Source of the DNA: Eledone cirrhosa
Lineage: Eukaryota
Direction of reading: 5' to 3'
NCBI GenBank assembly: GCA_964016885.1
Contig: OZ024750.1
Location: 10,726,001-10,790,000, forward strand
Length of the DNA stretch: 64,000 nucleotides
Shown here one piece after another: positions 15,620-29,563 of the stretch. Every line of letters starts with the position of its first letter. Within the stretch, counting starts at the first letter, position 1. Position numbers and translations under genes: made by a program. Under the pieces are notes generated by a model. It saw only the letters and a list, made by a program, of their open reading frames with translations, ran no database searches and had not been told where the DNA came from.

Positions 15620-16066
15620 AAAGTACCAGTAATGCACTGTTAATTGCTGGCCTTGTGCCAAGTAGAAACAATTATTCTAGGCGGTGGATTGGCAGTATCG
15701 GTAGAGGGTCGGACGCCATGCTTTCCAGCATAGTTACGTCCCTTAACGATCGGAGTTCAAATCCCGCCGAGGTTGACTTTGCTTTTCATCCTTACGGGGT
15801 CGATAAAATAAAGTACCAGTAATGCACTGGGTAATTGTTGGCCTTGTGCCTAAAGTAGAAACAATTATTTTAGGGTTGGATTGGCAGTATCAGTAGAGGG
15901 TTGGACGCCATGCTTTGACACATAGAATTACGGCCCTTGCCATTCTGAGTTCAAATCCCGCCGAGGTTAACTTTGCCTTTCATCCTTACGAGGTCGATAA
16001 AATAAAGTACCAGTAATACACAGGGAAATTGCTGGCCTTGTGCCAAAAAGTAGAAACAATTATTCT
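15620..16066 (+). mobile_element. Tandem SINE A array (tail fragment plus two full copies)
   Basis: Three head-to-tail units, each ending in AGTAGAAACAATTATT. Confidence 0.9.
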
Positions 16067-16515
16067 AGATGTATCTTATTTGAATAGTCAAATTTTTCTC
16101 ATCGTGTAGCTTATCGACTTTTAAAAAATAAGGTTTTTGTTTAATGTTGTTGTAGGTGTATTTTATTTCAATGGATAAAATCAAATCCTGGACGTTCGCC
16201 ACTGGAATTTCTTTGGTTATATGTCTTAAAGGTAGTGGATTGGCGGAGTCGTTAGAGTGTTGGACATGCTTTACAGCTTAGAGTTACGGCCCTTAACTTT
16301 CTGAGGTTAGCTTTGCCTTTCATCCTATATAAGTCCGACTCCAGGCCAATAACAAATATGGATCTTGAGCCACTCATCTGCGAAACGTCCGTAACTGAGT
16401 CTAATCAATAAAAACCTCACTGTGAAACCTCGCTTTGTTCTTCTTAATATATATATATATATATGCATATATATAAATAAATAAATATTTATATATATAT
16501 ATATATATAAATAAA

Positions 16516-16565
<50 letters not shown>

Positions 16566-16598
16566 TATTTATATATATATAAATAAATAAATAAATAA

Positions 16599-16633
<35 letters not shown>

Positions 16634-16729
16634 TATTTATATATATATATATAAATAAATAAATATTTATATATATATATATAAATAAATAAATATTTAT
16701 ATTTATATATATAAATAAATAAATATTTA

Positions 16730-16771
<42 letters not shown>

Positions 16772-16844
16772 TATTTACATATATATATATATATATAAAT
16801 ATTTATTTATTTATATATATATGTTGAAAATTAATACAGATTTA

Positions 16845-17018
16845 GTAGCTTCAACGAACGTTTTTTTTTATGGAATATAGTCTAACAAATTATGCACCAA
16901 AGTCCTTGGACAGAAAAAAGTTACCAGCACCATCTGTCATTTTTTTCCGTCCATAGGCACTTATGCATAATTTGGTAGACTATTTTCCATAATAAAATAA
17001 AAAAATAAGTTAAAGCTT
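16845..17018. repeat. Imperfect inverted repeat (MITE-like or fold-back remnant)
   Basis: TATGGAATATAGTCTAACAAATTATGCA...GGACAGAAAAAA pairs with TTTTTTCCGTCC...TGCATAATTTGGTAGACTATTTTCCATA. Confidence 0.7.
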
Positions 17019-17031
17019 CCAACTCCAGGTT

Positions 17032-17218
17032 AATAATTGTTTCTACTTTTGGCACAAGGCCAGCAATTTCCCAGTGTATTACTGGTACTTTATTTTATCG
17101 ACCCCCGTAAGGATGAAAGGCAAAGTTAACCTCGGCGGGATTTGAACTCAGAATGGCAAGGGCCGTATATCTATGCGTCAAAGCATGGCGTCCGACCCTC
17201 TACCGATACTGCCAATTC
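17032..17218 (-). mobile_element. SINE A copy
   Basis: Near-identical to 2421-2608. Confidence 0.9.
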
Positions 17219-17271
17219 AATAATATCCACTCAATGTTTCTAAAAATAGTTCATTATATATTTATGTGTGG

Positions 17272-17411
<140 letters not shown>

Positions 17412-18302
17412 TGTAATATAAGATTGGTAGAAATATCCAATATATATATATTTGAAAAATAATGTATTACTTATTATGTGTGTAGCTTTTAGAAGCTAAT
17501 AAACACGTGTGTGTAAACTTATTGATTATATATAATATTGAACTAGGTGATATAGTTTATTCTATTTTCGTGAGTTCGGTAGGTGTTTTTATTCTAATGT
17601 ATTTTTACGGCGAATCTGCCTCGTGCTTGCATATTGAAATAAAATTAAAAGTCATCTTTAAAATCCAATTCGTAGGAAGAGAGGCTATAAGAGGCCTCAA
17701 GATATATTCATAATTAGACTGATTTTAATATTTTGTGGGTAACTAGAAAATATGTGTATATAACTAGGGTATTCATTGGTCTCCATTTGAGAGGAGAAAT
17801 TATAATTATTATGGTTAAGGTCTTAACGTACGTATTGGTTAAGAGATTAACCAATACGTACAGTAATTTTTAAATTGTGGTCTGTAAAGAAATCGTGAAT
17901 GTTTCTTTTTCTAAATATGTATTTGCTAGGAACAAATGTTATGTAGGATTATGAGACAATTAATGTGAAAGGACACATTGGTTAACCTTCTTTTTTTTTT
18001 ATAGAAGTTTGGTGGCCAGGATTTGCTAGCAGAATACCAACTCAACAAAAGTAAGTGTGAATACGTACATGTGTATAACATACGAAATATTTTCGACAAA
18101 CATAATTTTTGTCTCGATTGGAAAACAAATTCAGTCGAGAAATTTCGAATGTTGGTTAAAAGTGCATCGAAAAACATAGGAAACTCTATTCACACAATTT
18201 TAACCTTCCCCAAAATTAGAGAAGTTAATATGTTATTAGATGATGTAAAACGGAGTATTTGTATCAAAATAAAGATCTGAAGGCATGGTATAAATTTCCA
18301 AT

Positions 18303-18389
18303 CATTTTAATCACGACACATGTTTCAATAAGAGATAGATCGATCGTGCGGCCATGATCGATTATCACTGATCTCGTCAGGTGAAAATG
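18303..18389 (-). ncRNA. Type I hammerhead ribozyme, complete core (left arm of a palindrome)
   Basis: Minus strand reads CATTTTCAC-CTGACGA-[long stem II, ATCGATC/GATCGAT]-GAAAC-ATGT-GTC^GTGA-TT-AAAATG. Stem I is TCAC/GTGA extended by CATTT/AAATG; stem III is palindromic (ACATGT); cleavage triplet GUC. Confidence 0.8.
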
Positions 18390-18425
18390 TATTTTCTCCC
18401 TCATATCAAGGATTTGGAGACAATT

Positions 18426-18512
18426 CATTTTCACCTGACGAGATCTGTAATAATCGATCATGGCCACACGATCGATATATCTCTTATTGAAATATGTGTC
18501 GTGATTAAAATG
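18426..18512 (+). ncRNA. Type I hammerhead ribozyme (right arm of the same palindrome)
   Basis: CATTTTCAC-CTGACGA (18435-41) ... GAAA-TATGT-GTC (18498-500)-GTGATTAAAATG. Same fold as the left arm, with a U-G wobble in stem III. Confidence 0.75.
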
Positions 18513-18562
18513 ATTGGAAATTTATACCATGCCTTCGGATCTTTATTTTGATATATATATAT

Positions 18563-18939
<377 letters not shown>

Positions 18940-19182
18940 GAAGAGCTCCCTCAAATATGTGTTTGTGTCTGTTTACATGACACACAGACACAATGCAGGA
19001 ATTTCCGTGAGCTGACACACACGCATATGAACAGGCATAGTTTTATAAGCATATCTATATAATACATTGTACATGTATATTACAGAACTAGTTACACACG
19101 CACACACAGACACACGAACACACACACACTTACACACCCGTATATATATATATATATATATACATAGCTCTCTCTCTCTCAC

Positions 19183-19256
<74 letters not shown>

Positions 19257-19268
19257 TATATATATATA

Positions 19269-19480
19269 GGCGTGTGGCTGAGTGGTTAGAGAATTGTATT
19301 CGCAATCGTAAGGTTGTGAGTTCGATTCCTGGACCAGGCGATGCGTTATGTCCTTGAGCAAGACACTTTATTTCACGTTGCTCCTTCTACCTGGAGTTGC
19401 GACCGATAGATAGTACTAGCAACTGGAAAGACCAACGGAAACATTGTTCCCTCGGTCCGATTTGACAAAAAAGTCGATCG
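19269..19480 (+). mobile_element. tRNA-derived SINE family B (CORE-like)
   Basis: A box TGGCTGAGTGG, B box GAGTTCGATTCC, then TGTCCTTGAGCAAGACACTT. Tail shared with the two copies below. Confidence 0.85.
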
Positions 19481-19603
19481 TTAAGAATATATATATACAT
19501 ATATATACATATATATATACATATATATACATATATATATACATATATATACATATATATATACATATATATATACATATATATATACATATATATATAT
19601 ACA

Positions 19604-19636
<33 letters not shown>

Positions 19637-19639
19637 CAC

Positions 19640-19880
19640 CTTGACCGACCAGTCTGTCAGGCGCCAATCGGTGCCGCTGGTCACAGCACGTCGTGCTGTT
19701 TTAGCCATAAGATCACTGGCTGGGCGGGCAGCCCGGTACTCATTTCTACAGCTGAGTAAACTTGAGCAACGTGAAATAAAGAGTCTTGCTCAAGGAAACA
19801 ACACATCACCAGGTCCGAGAATTGAATTCACAACCTTTCGATTGCAAGGCCAATGCTCTAACCACTAAGCCATGCGTTTT
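19640..19880 (-). mobile_element. SINE B-related element with a different 3' tail
   Basis: Shares the tRNA-like head and CCTTGAGCAAGAC.CTTTATTTCACGTTGCTC, then diverges into a GC-richer tail. Confidence 0.7.
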
Positions 19881-19889
19881 CACACACAC

Positions 19890-19923
19890 ACACATATATA
19901 TATATATATACATATATATATAC

Positions 19924-19968
<45 letters not shown>

Positions 19969-20822
19969 CATATATATATATACATATATATGTATATATA
20001 CATATATATGTATATATATATACTATATGTACATATATGTATATATATTCATATATATGTATATATATATACATATATATATACATTTATATGTATATAT
20101 ATATATATACATATATATGTATATATATATACATATATATGTATATATATATACATATACATTTATATGTATATATATATACATATATATATATACATAT
20201 ATATACATATATAAATACATATATATGTATATATATATATTTACATATATATATCGATATATATATATATATATATACATATATATACATATATATATAC
20301 ATATTTACATATATATACATATATATATGTATATATATATATACATATATATATATATACATATTTACATATATATACATATATATATGTATATATATAT
20401 ATATACATATATATATATACATATATATATGTATATATATATATACATATATATATATACATATATATACATATATATACATATATATATACATATATAT
20501 ATATATACATATATATACATATATATACATATATATATATACATATATATACATATATATACATATATATACATATATATACATATATATATATATATAT
20601 ACATATATATGTATATATATATATATATACATATATATACATATATATATATATACATATATATGTATACATATATATATATACATATATATGTATATAT
20701 ATATATATACATATATATACATATATATATACATATATATGTATATACATATATATACATATATATACATATATATATATACATATATATACATATATAT
20801 ACATATATATATATATATACAC

Positions 20823-20854
<32 letters not shown>

Positions 20855-21104
20855 GTATATATGTATATATATATATACACATATATATATATATACATAT
20901 ATATGTATATATATATATATACATATATATACATATATATATATATACATATACATATATATATATATACATATACATATATATACATATATATGTATAT
21001 ATATGTACACATATATACATATATATACATATATTTGTATATATATGTACACATATATACATATATATATACATATATATATACATATATACATATATAT
21101 ACAC

Positions 21105-21175
<71 letters not shown>

Positions 21176-21394
21176 CATATATATACATATATATGTATAT
21201 ATATGTACACATATATATACATATATATGTATATATATGTACACATATATACATATATATATGTACACATATATACATATATACATATATATATATATAC
21301 ATATATATATGTACACATATATACATATATACATATATATATATATACATATATACACATATACATATATACACATACATATATATACATATAT

Positions 21395-21426
<32 letters not shown>

Positions 21427-21430
21427 GTAC

Positions 21431-21477
<47 letters not shown>

Positions 21478-21488
21478 TACATATATAT
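19890..21488. repeat. Long (TA)n/(TACA)n compound microsatellite
   Basis: About 1.6 kb of TA/CA/TG low-complexity sequence. Similar tracts lie at 35100-35645, 43805-44420 and 62895-64000. Confidence 0.95.
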
Positions 21489-22219
21489 CAGAAGTCGTCC
21501 ACACTTAACAGTAGCTCCTGTATCGATCGCGTCAATATGAAACGTACTGCCGGAACTTCACGTATGGCAAATTATCAACGAAAGCTTAGTAATAATTCAT
21601 AATTATCCAATCATATCGTTAGATTGTTGGCATAAATGTATAGGTTTCAATAAACAGGTGACATCAAACGATAGTATTAGCATCAGATGAGAAATATAGA
21701 GAAAAGATATGTTCATAGAAATAAATATGAAAGCTGATGCGAATTTATTAACACTCATGCAAATGAGATACCCAACCACTAAAGGTATGTGTGTGTGTGT
21801 GTGTGTCTATGTGTGAGTGTGTGTCTGTGCATGTATGTATGCATGTAAGTACGTGTATGTATCTGTGAGTGTGTGTGTATGTATGTATGTATGTATGTGC
21901 TTAAGTACGTACGTATGTATGTATCTATGTATGTACTCCATTTTCTCTTTCTGTCAAAACAAGATGCCGTAAAGAAAATAAGAGCAGAAAAAAAAAGTGG
22001 GGCAAAGACGAAAAAATAAAAGTCAATGAAAAGGTCACAGAATGTGTGACGAAAGAACTTTGACAAAGTAGCCAATAACCAATAAGCAATAACTAATAAA
22101 ACTAAATCTAAAATGAAAGTCAACCGGTGCGTATATCTTTCTTGACAAAATTGGCAACATGACCATCCCACAAATATGATAATTCACACACACACACACA
22201 CATACATATTGTTGTATAT

Positions 22220-22262
<43 letters not shown>

Positions 22263-22305
22263 TACATATACATACACATAAATAAATGTATATATTGTTA
22301 TATAT

Positions 22306-22381
<76 letters not shown>

Positions 22382-23063
22382 GTGAGTCTATGTGTGTTTG
22401 TAATGAAGTAAGAGAGAAATAAAGGAGTCGTACCCAGTGTTACATAACCACACGTCTCTCCGTTTACAATCTCTATACATAGAAACAGTTTAAAGAAATT
22501 CCATGTAAGAATTCGTCCCTTTAATTTATGGCATCTTTGTCGTATTTACAACCGTAGTGCGCATGCGCCTTCATTTCATGTGTTGCAATTACGCCATTTC
22601 GAATATGCCATTGCTAAATCCCGTCTCCCAAATGCCGTGTCTCGTCCAATTAGCTAAGCTCATTAGTAGCTTAATTTACGGTCTATAAATTACACAATTA
22701 ATTCAATTAGTATTTGTAGAAGGCCAAATTAAGACTCAGGAAATATACGATCTGTATGATACACAGCATATTGAAGCAGTGTACAGTTAACAGGAATAAG
22801 TTAATGTATTCTGCGATTTTATGTTTGTACCAACTTGATATATCTTTATATATATTATTAGTCTTCACAAAGTATAACATACATCTCTGTTTCGCGCTCT
22901 CTCTCTCTCTCACTGTGCATATATATATATACACATACATGTAGACACACACACACACACACATATATAGATATATATATACATAGTATGTTTTCACTAT
23001 ACATACATTCTACTTTCCTAAGTATCGGATACTTAGCTAAATATTGTCTTACTAGTCTAATTT

Positions 23064-23104
<41 letters not shown>

Positions 23105-23397
23105 ACATATATATATATATATATATATATATGGGGAGGGTCATATTTGTGTAATATTGCCAGAATTAATAACAGAACACACTCAGTGTTTGGTTGGTTT
23201 TCGCTTTTCGCTTCTGTGTCTTTTATATCGGTAATCTAATTTATTCGGTCCTCAATGCTGCCATTGACTGACCAACGGTCAAAAATAATACAGATAAATA
23301 TAGACACAAACACATATATATAGTTTATCAAGTATAACAATATTTGTTTCGACACACGATTTCATATCAAAAACCTCGCAAAACTAATTCATCGCCG

Positions 23398-23445
<48 letters not shown>

Positions 23446-23726
23446 AATGGACTGTGTAGTTGCTGGAAAAGGTGTACTGTAAGGTGTACAAAAAGAGGAA
23501 ATGAAGAACGGGAGAAAATGTTCCTTCATCAGTTGTCTGCTGGGGGTCTTGGACATTTCAATGCATTAAAGACAATATGTCTCACCCCAGGGCGTCAATA
23601 ACTGAAGGAAGTTATTGGGGAAAAAAGGGAAAGAGAGAGAAAAACATAGTAACAGAAGGGAAGGGGGAAGAAAAAGGAAAAAAAACAGCGAAAAATAAAC
23701 GGGAAGCAACAAACCGAAGAGGGATA

Positions 23727-23793
<67 letters not shown>

Positions 23794-23822
23794 ATGTATG
23801 TATGTATGTTTGTATGTATGTA

Positions 23823-24176
23823 GGCAGAATTCTAGGAGAAGGAAAACTCTGATATAACACCTGCAACCCTGATAGTATCCAATTTGGTAAATATCATCTT
23901 GGTTAAGAGAGTGGGACTGGCTTTGTGCAGTGCCATTGCTCACTATAAAAGCTTCACGGCACAGGCATTACTTTATATCTGGAGATCTCTCTGCACTTGT
24001 CGTCACATGGTACCATGGGCCCAGCACTATGTGTCAGTAATTGTCACAGGTGTAGTGTTTGTACCAGAGTTTTCAAGTCGCTGGCTGGACTAAAAAGTCA
24101 CACTCGTTCAGCGCATCGGTTCTCCTACATGGATATAAAGTAGTGGCCGTACTCGAAAACGAGTTGGCAGCCACCA
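23823..24176 (+). mobile_element. Non-coding dispersed repeat, probably an RTE-derived non-autonomous element (truncated)
   Basis: Highly similar to the reverse complement of 27265-27645. CTAGGAGAAGGAAAACTCTGA resembles RTE 5' UTRs; ends in (GTAT)n. Confidence 0.7.
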
Positions 24177-24440
24177 AGTATGTATGTATGTATGTATGTA
24201 TGTAAAATTATGTGTGTGATTATATGTAACAACACGCCAGATATTACAAACTTTTGACAATACCTAACTGATCCTTTAAAAAGGCTTAACATTTAGGCAG
24301 AAGGTCAAGAAATCGAAGGAAAAAGTAAGTTTTACTTTATTTTATCGATGCCGAATTTATACGTGGGATGTGTGTATAAGGGTGTATACAAACAAACGGA
24401 CCATACGCACTCATGTCTATATAAATATTTCAATGAATAC

Positions 24441-24476
<36 letters not shown>

Positions 24477-24913
24477 AATAGACATTGTTTCATATAAAGT
24501 ACATCATAGATAAACACAGGGATAAAGCAATACAGATTATATATATATATGTATATATATATGTATGTGTGTGTGTGTACAAATATAAATAATTATATAT
24601 ATATATATATATAGGCCGTTTTGTATTTTGGGGAATAATCGCTTATTAAGACCATTTTCCCCCACCATACCCTTCAATAATAACAACAAAGCCGAGGCCT
24701 TTGACGACAGCAACAATAACAACAACAATAATAACAACAATAACAGTAAATACAGACGCCGTTTCTTTCTACACTACCTCTCTTATGATCTTGATTAAAC
24801 ACAGCTTTCTATTATTATTTTGCTGACAATGTTGTTGTTTTTGTAAGGTTTTTAGTTTTTTTTCTTCTTCTGCAGTTCAATGTCAAAGGACTCGGACTCG
24901 TCTTTGACTACAC

Positions 24914-24951
<38 letters not shown>

Positions 24952-25051
24952 ATATATATATATATACATATTGATATATATATATACATATATATATAAA
25001 TTTATATATATATATATACATATTGATATATATATATACATATATATATAA

Positions 25052-25096
<45 letters not shown>

Positions 25097-25243
25097 TATA
25101 TAAATTTATATATATATATATTATATATATTATATATATATATATATTGATATAAATATATATACATATTGATATATTATATATACATATATATATACAG
25201 TCTGCCTCAGAACATCTCTATAATATATTCATATATGTGCGCG

Positions 25244-25289
<46 letters not shown>

Positions 25290-25367
25290 CATACATATAT
25301 ACACACACCATATATATATATATACACACACACATATATATAGTTATATACATATATATACATATAT

Positions 25368-25414
<47 letters not shown>

Positions 25415-25478
25415 TATATATAGTTTATATACATATATATACATATATATACACATATATATACTTATATATATATAT

Positions 25479-25510
<32 letters not shown>

Positions 25511-25570
25511 TACATACACACACACACACATATATATATATATCATATATATACATACACACACACATAC

Positions 25571-25601
<31 letters not shown>

Positions 25602-25909
25602 CATACACCTTGATATGTCTAACTTGTTATTTCTTGAGATAAATGAAGTTCTCCAGAACTTTGTGAATTACCATTCTTTGCTGTTTTTCTCCTCATATTT
25701 AAACATAAAAGCAAAAAAGAAGAAAATAGAAAACAAACTCTTTCCTTTCTTTTTCTTACGTCTTCTATTTTTTTCAAATATTATGTTTGGTTTTTCCCTG
25801 TATTTCCTTCATAAACCTATTTTTGTATTCCGTTTAGTTTTCTGTTCTGCGACGTTTTTGTATATATGTTCTATTTGGCTAGTTTATATATACAGACACA
25901 TGTATATAA

Positions 25910-25966
<57 letters not shown>

Positions 25967-26035
25967 ACAAACGTACAGATACTTGCTTACACACACACAC
26001 ACACACATTTATATAGACACACACACACACATGTG

Positions 26036-26068
<33 letters not shown>

Positions 26069-26140
26069 GCGTATATATGTAAACACAAGTATATATGCGT
26101 ATTTATTTGTATGTATATAATCATGTATAGTTATAGACAG

Positions 26141-26352
26141 TTGATCGATTTTCGTCAAATCGGACCGAGGAAACAATGTTTCTATTGGTCTTTCCAATTG
26201 CTAATACTCTCTATCGGTCGCAACTCCAGGTAGAAGGAGCAACGTGAAATAAAGTGTCTTGCTCAAGACATAACGCAACGCCCGGTCTAAGAATCGAACT
26301 CACAACCTCACGATTGTGAAATCAATTCTCTAACCACTCAGCCACGCGCCTT
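26141..26352 (-). mobile_element. SINE B copy
   Basis: Reverse complement of the 19269-19480 element. Confidence 0.85.
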
Positions 26353-26530
26353 CATTTTACTCTTTCTCCACACCTCTCTTCTTCCCTGTTTTCTCTTTAT
26401 TTCACCCTCTCACACACCCTAAATCTGTATATCTCATGTATGAGTACTTTCAGACCTGTTATATCGTTTCTAATGCATTATTTCTCCCTATTCCAGTATT
26501 TCTCTCTATTCTATTATTAAATTATTTCTA

Positions 26531-26722
26531 AGGCCGTGGATTGGCAGTATCGTTAGAGGGTCGGACGTCATGCTTTGTCGCATAGAGTTACGGCCCTTGC
26601 CATTCTGAGTTCAAATCCCGCCGAGGTGAACTCTGCCTTTCATCCTTACGGGGTCAATAAAATAAAGTACCAGTAATGTATTGGGTAATTGCTGGTCTTG
26701 TGCCAAAAGTAGAAACAATTAT
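26531..26722 (+). mobile_element. SINE A copy
   Basis: A and B boxes plus the conserved body and tail. Confidence 0.9.
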
Positions 26723-27264
26723 TTCTATCTATATTCCACTATGTTTAATCACATCCAATTTCTTCTTCTATGTTTCGTTTCTCTTTCTTGATTTTATCAA
26801 TGTTATTGTTTAGATTTTAGTTGCTTTTGTTCATTTAATGTATTTTATTCCTTTTGTTATTTACTGATTTATCTTCCATATTCTTGCCTCGGAACCACTT
26901 ATATATTTAGTCAAGTATTTGTAGCACACAGCACAACTTTAATTGTCGAGGAAAGGAGAGTCACAAATTCTTGTCTTTTTCTTGAGTCCATCGAAGCTTT
27001 AGAGATATCTTGATAAATGACAATTTTGCTGACTCGATTAACGTCTCACGGTGAGACATTTCCACAATTCAAATCCCTACATTTCTTCTCGGATATTTGA
27101 AGAGAAACATCTGTTTCTTGTTTCTTACACACATCATGCAGATACCTTCACTCATGCACACACACACGTGCATACACACATACATGAACACACACACATG
27201 CAGGCACACTCACATGTAGATACACACGCGCACACACATATATATATATATATACATATATATA

Positions 27265-27873
27265 TGGTGGCTGCCAACTCGTTTTCGAGTACGGCCACTA
27301 CTTTATATCCATGTAGGAGAACTCCTACCAATGCGCTGAACGAGTGTGACTTTTTAGTCCAGCCAGCGACTTGAAAACTCTGGTACAAACACTACACTTG
27401 TGACAATTATTGACACATAGTGCTGGGCCCATGGTACCATGTGAGGACAAGTGCAGAGAGATCTCCAGATATAAAGCAATGCCTGTGCCGTGAAGCTTTT
27501 ATAGTGAACAAAGGCACTGCACAAAGCCAGTCCCACTCTCTTAACCAAGATGATATTTACCAAAAAGAAGAACAAGTCAACATCATTGGATACCATCAGG
27601 GTTGCAGGTGTTATATCAGAGTTTTCCTTCTCCTAGAATTCTGCCTTGACAAAGGCTAAGGGGTCATCTCTCCCGGTGATTTTGGATGGCCATTGACTCT
27701 TAAGAGCTCCTTTGCCCTTTGACAGGTTTTGTTTTTAGTCCTGCAGGATGTCCAAAGTCACCCTCCTCACCAAGAAACCTTTGTGGGGTTGCCAGTTTAG
27801 TCGCCAACGACCCGACCATGAGACAGGTTGTACTGGGATACATGTTACCAGTAGCACCAAGTGGTGACCTGAC
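27265..27873 (-). mobile_element. Longest (~610 bp) copy of the RTE-like non-autonomous repeat
   Basis: Contains the 23823-24176 sequence plus about 230 nt of extra 5' sequence. Confidence 0.7.
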
Positions 27874-28023
27874 ACATATATATATACATATATATATACA
27901 TATATATATACACACGCACACACACTTATGCATTCCGTAAAAACGTGTACAGATATGCACAAACACACTAGCAAAGACCTTCACTCACATAGGCACAGAA
28001 GCAGGCACACACACACGCATGCA

Positions 28024-28072
<49 letters not shown>

Positions 28073-28135
28073 GTATGTATGTAAAAGTACTAACACACGT
28101 ATATATATATATATATATATGTGTATATAAAATTA

Positions 28136-28293
28136 ATAACTGTTTCTATTTTTGGCACAAGGCCAGCAATTATCCCAGTACATTACTGGTACTTTATTTT
28201 ATCGACCCTGTAAGGATAAAAGGCAAAGTTAACCTCGGCAGGATTTGAACTCAGACCGTAAAGGGACGTAATTCTATACTGCTAAGCATGGCG

Positions 28294-28298
<5 letters not shown>
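28136..28298 (-). mobile_element. SINE A copy, 5'-truncated
   Basis: Body, tail and B box present. Confidence 0.85.
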
Positions 28299-28327
<29 letters not shown>

Positions 28328-28701
28328 AAATAATACTAAGAGTTATCAATGAGAAAGAGGAGAAGTAAGAGATTATATGGTAGAAATGTCCACTGAGTTG
28401 AAATGATGGGATTCCAGAGGTATGGTTACACTATCAAGCTGCATCACTTTACTTTCTTAATTAAAATACTTCCGTAGTTGACTTTCCTTTCATACTTCCC
28501 GGACCGATGAGATATGTACGAATCGTGTAAGTGGTTCTATATAATCAACGTATTTCCTTTATGTATCAGCATCTATGTTAGAAACAATTATTAGAACTGT
28601 TAAAGATGTGGATTGACGGAAACTGTAGTGGGACATAAAATTACTTGCGGTATTTAGTCACATGTCTTTTTAACTTCTAGCGTGGTCGAGTTATCTTTCT
28701 A

Positions 28702-28917
28702 CAGGGTGGGCCAGAATTCATGACTCGCTTGTTAGTTATATTTCTTAACATGCTTATTTTATTGTTATTAATTAAATGTGTACATTTGTGTGCTTACCGT
28801 ATCTTGTTCATGATCTTATGCCTATATATGGTATTATATTCCTCAACTTGTTTTATAACATTTTGTGTTAATAGATCTATAAATAATCAAGTGTGTCATG
28901 AATTCTGGCCAACCATG
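28702..28917. mobile_element. Tc1/mariner-type MITE
   Basis: 23-bp TIRs CAGGGTGGGCCAGAATTCATGAC and GTCATGAATTCTGGCCAACCATG (2 mismatches) with TA on both sides. It interrupts a decayed SINE. Confidence 0.85.
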
Positions 28918-29190
28918 TAAATTCCGGGGTTGATGAAGTGAGAGTAAGTTAAGTATTGGGGGTAAATATAAGTGTTTATACTCTCCACATATCTTTGAGG
29001 CGTTATGCCAAGGTTAGATGTGTGGATTGGCGTTACCGAGGTCCTTGATTGATAGAATCGGTACAGCATTGGACAAAATGTCTTACAGTATTTAGTTGCG
29101 TTACTCAACGCTTGAGTTTAGCTATCTCCTTTTAGGGTTCGATAAATTGCTTACGAGCTATATATTGGGGCCAACATAAAGGATAAAAGA

Positions 29191-29221
<31 letters not shown>

Positions 29222-29222
<1 letters not shown>

Positions 29223-29563
29223 TCAGCAATTATCCCAGTACATTACTGGTACTTTATTTTATCGACCCTGTAAGGATGAAAGGAAAAGTTAACCTCGGCA
29301 GGATTTGAACTCAGTTCGTAAAGGGACGTAACCCTATGCTGGAAAGCTTGGCGTCGATCCTCTACCGATACTGCCAATCCACCATCTATAAGCGATGTAA
29401 AATAATTGTTTCTACTTTAGGCACAAGGCCAGCAATTACCCAGTGCATTACTGGTACTTTATTTTATCGACCCCGTAAAGATGAAAGGCAAAGTCAACTT
29501 CGGCGGGATTTGAACTCAGATCGTAAAGGAACGTAACTATGCTGGAAAGCATGGCGTCCGACC
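29222..29563 (-). mobile_element. Two tandem SINE A copies
   Basis: Units at about 29222-29384 and 29401-29563. Confidence 0.85.

Larger units (their letters stand above)
18262..18553. repeat. Long inverted repeat (~128-bp arms) containing two divergent hammerheads
   Basis: TATCAAAATAAAGATC...GTGAAAATG, a ~36-nt spacer, then CATTTTCAC...GATCTTTATTTTGATA, followed by (TA)n. Confidence 0.9.

Noticed and set aside
19269-19345. tRNA gene
   Set aside because: A and B boxes are present, but the sequence continues into a multicopy SINE body; it is a SINE head.
19872-21602. 576-aa and other long YI/HT/CV-rich ORFs in the track
   Set aside because: They are translations of stop-free (TA)n/(CA)n microsatellites, open in several frames on both strands.
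23500-23600. Minus-strand CTGATGA in a repeat-like segment
   Set aside because: No correctly placed GAAA/UH downstream.
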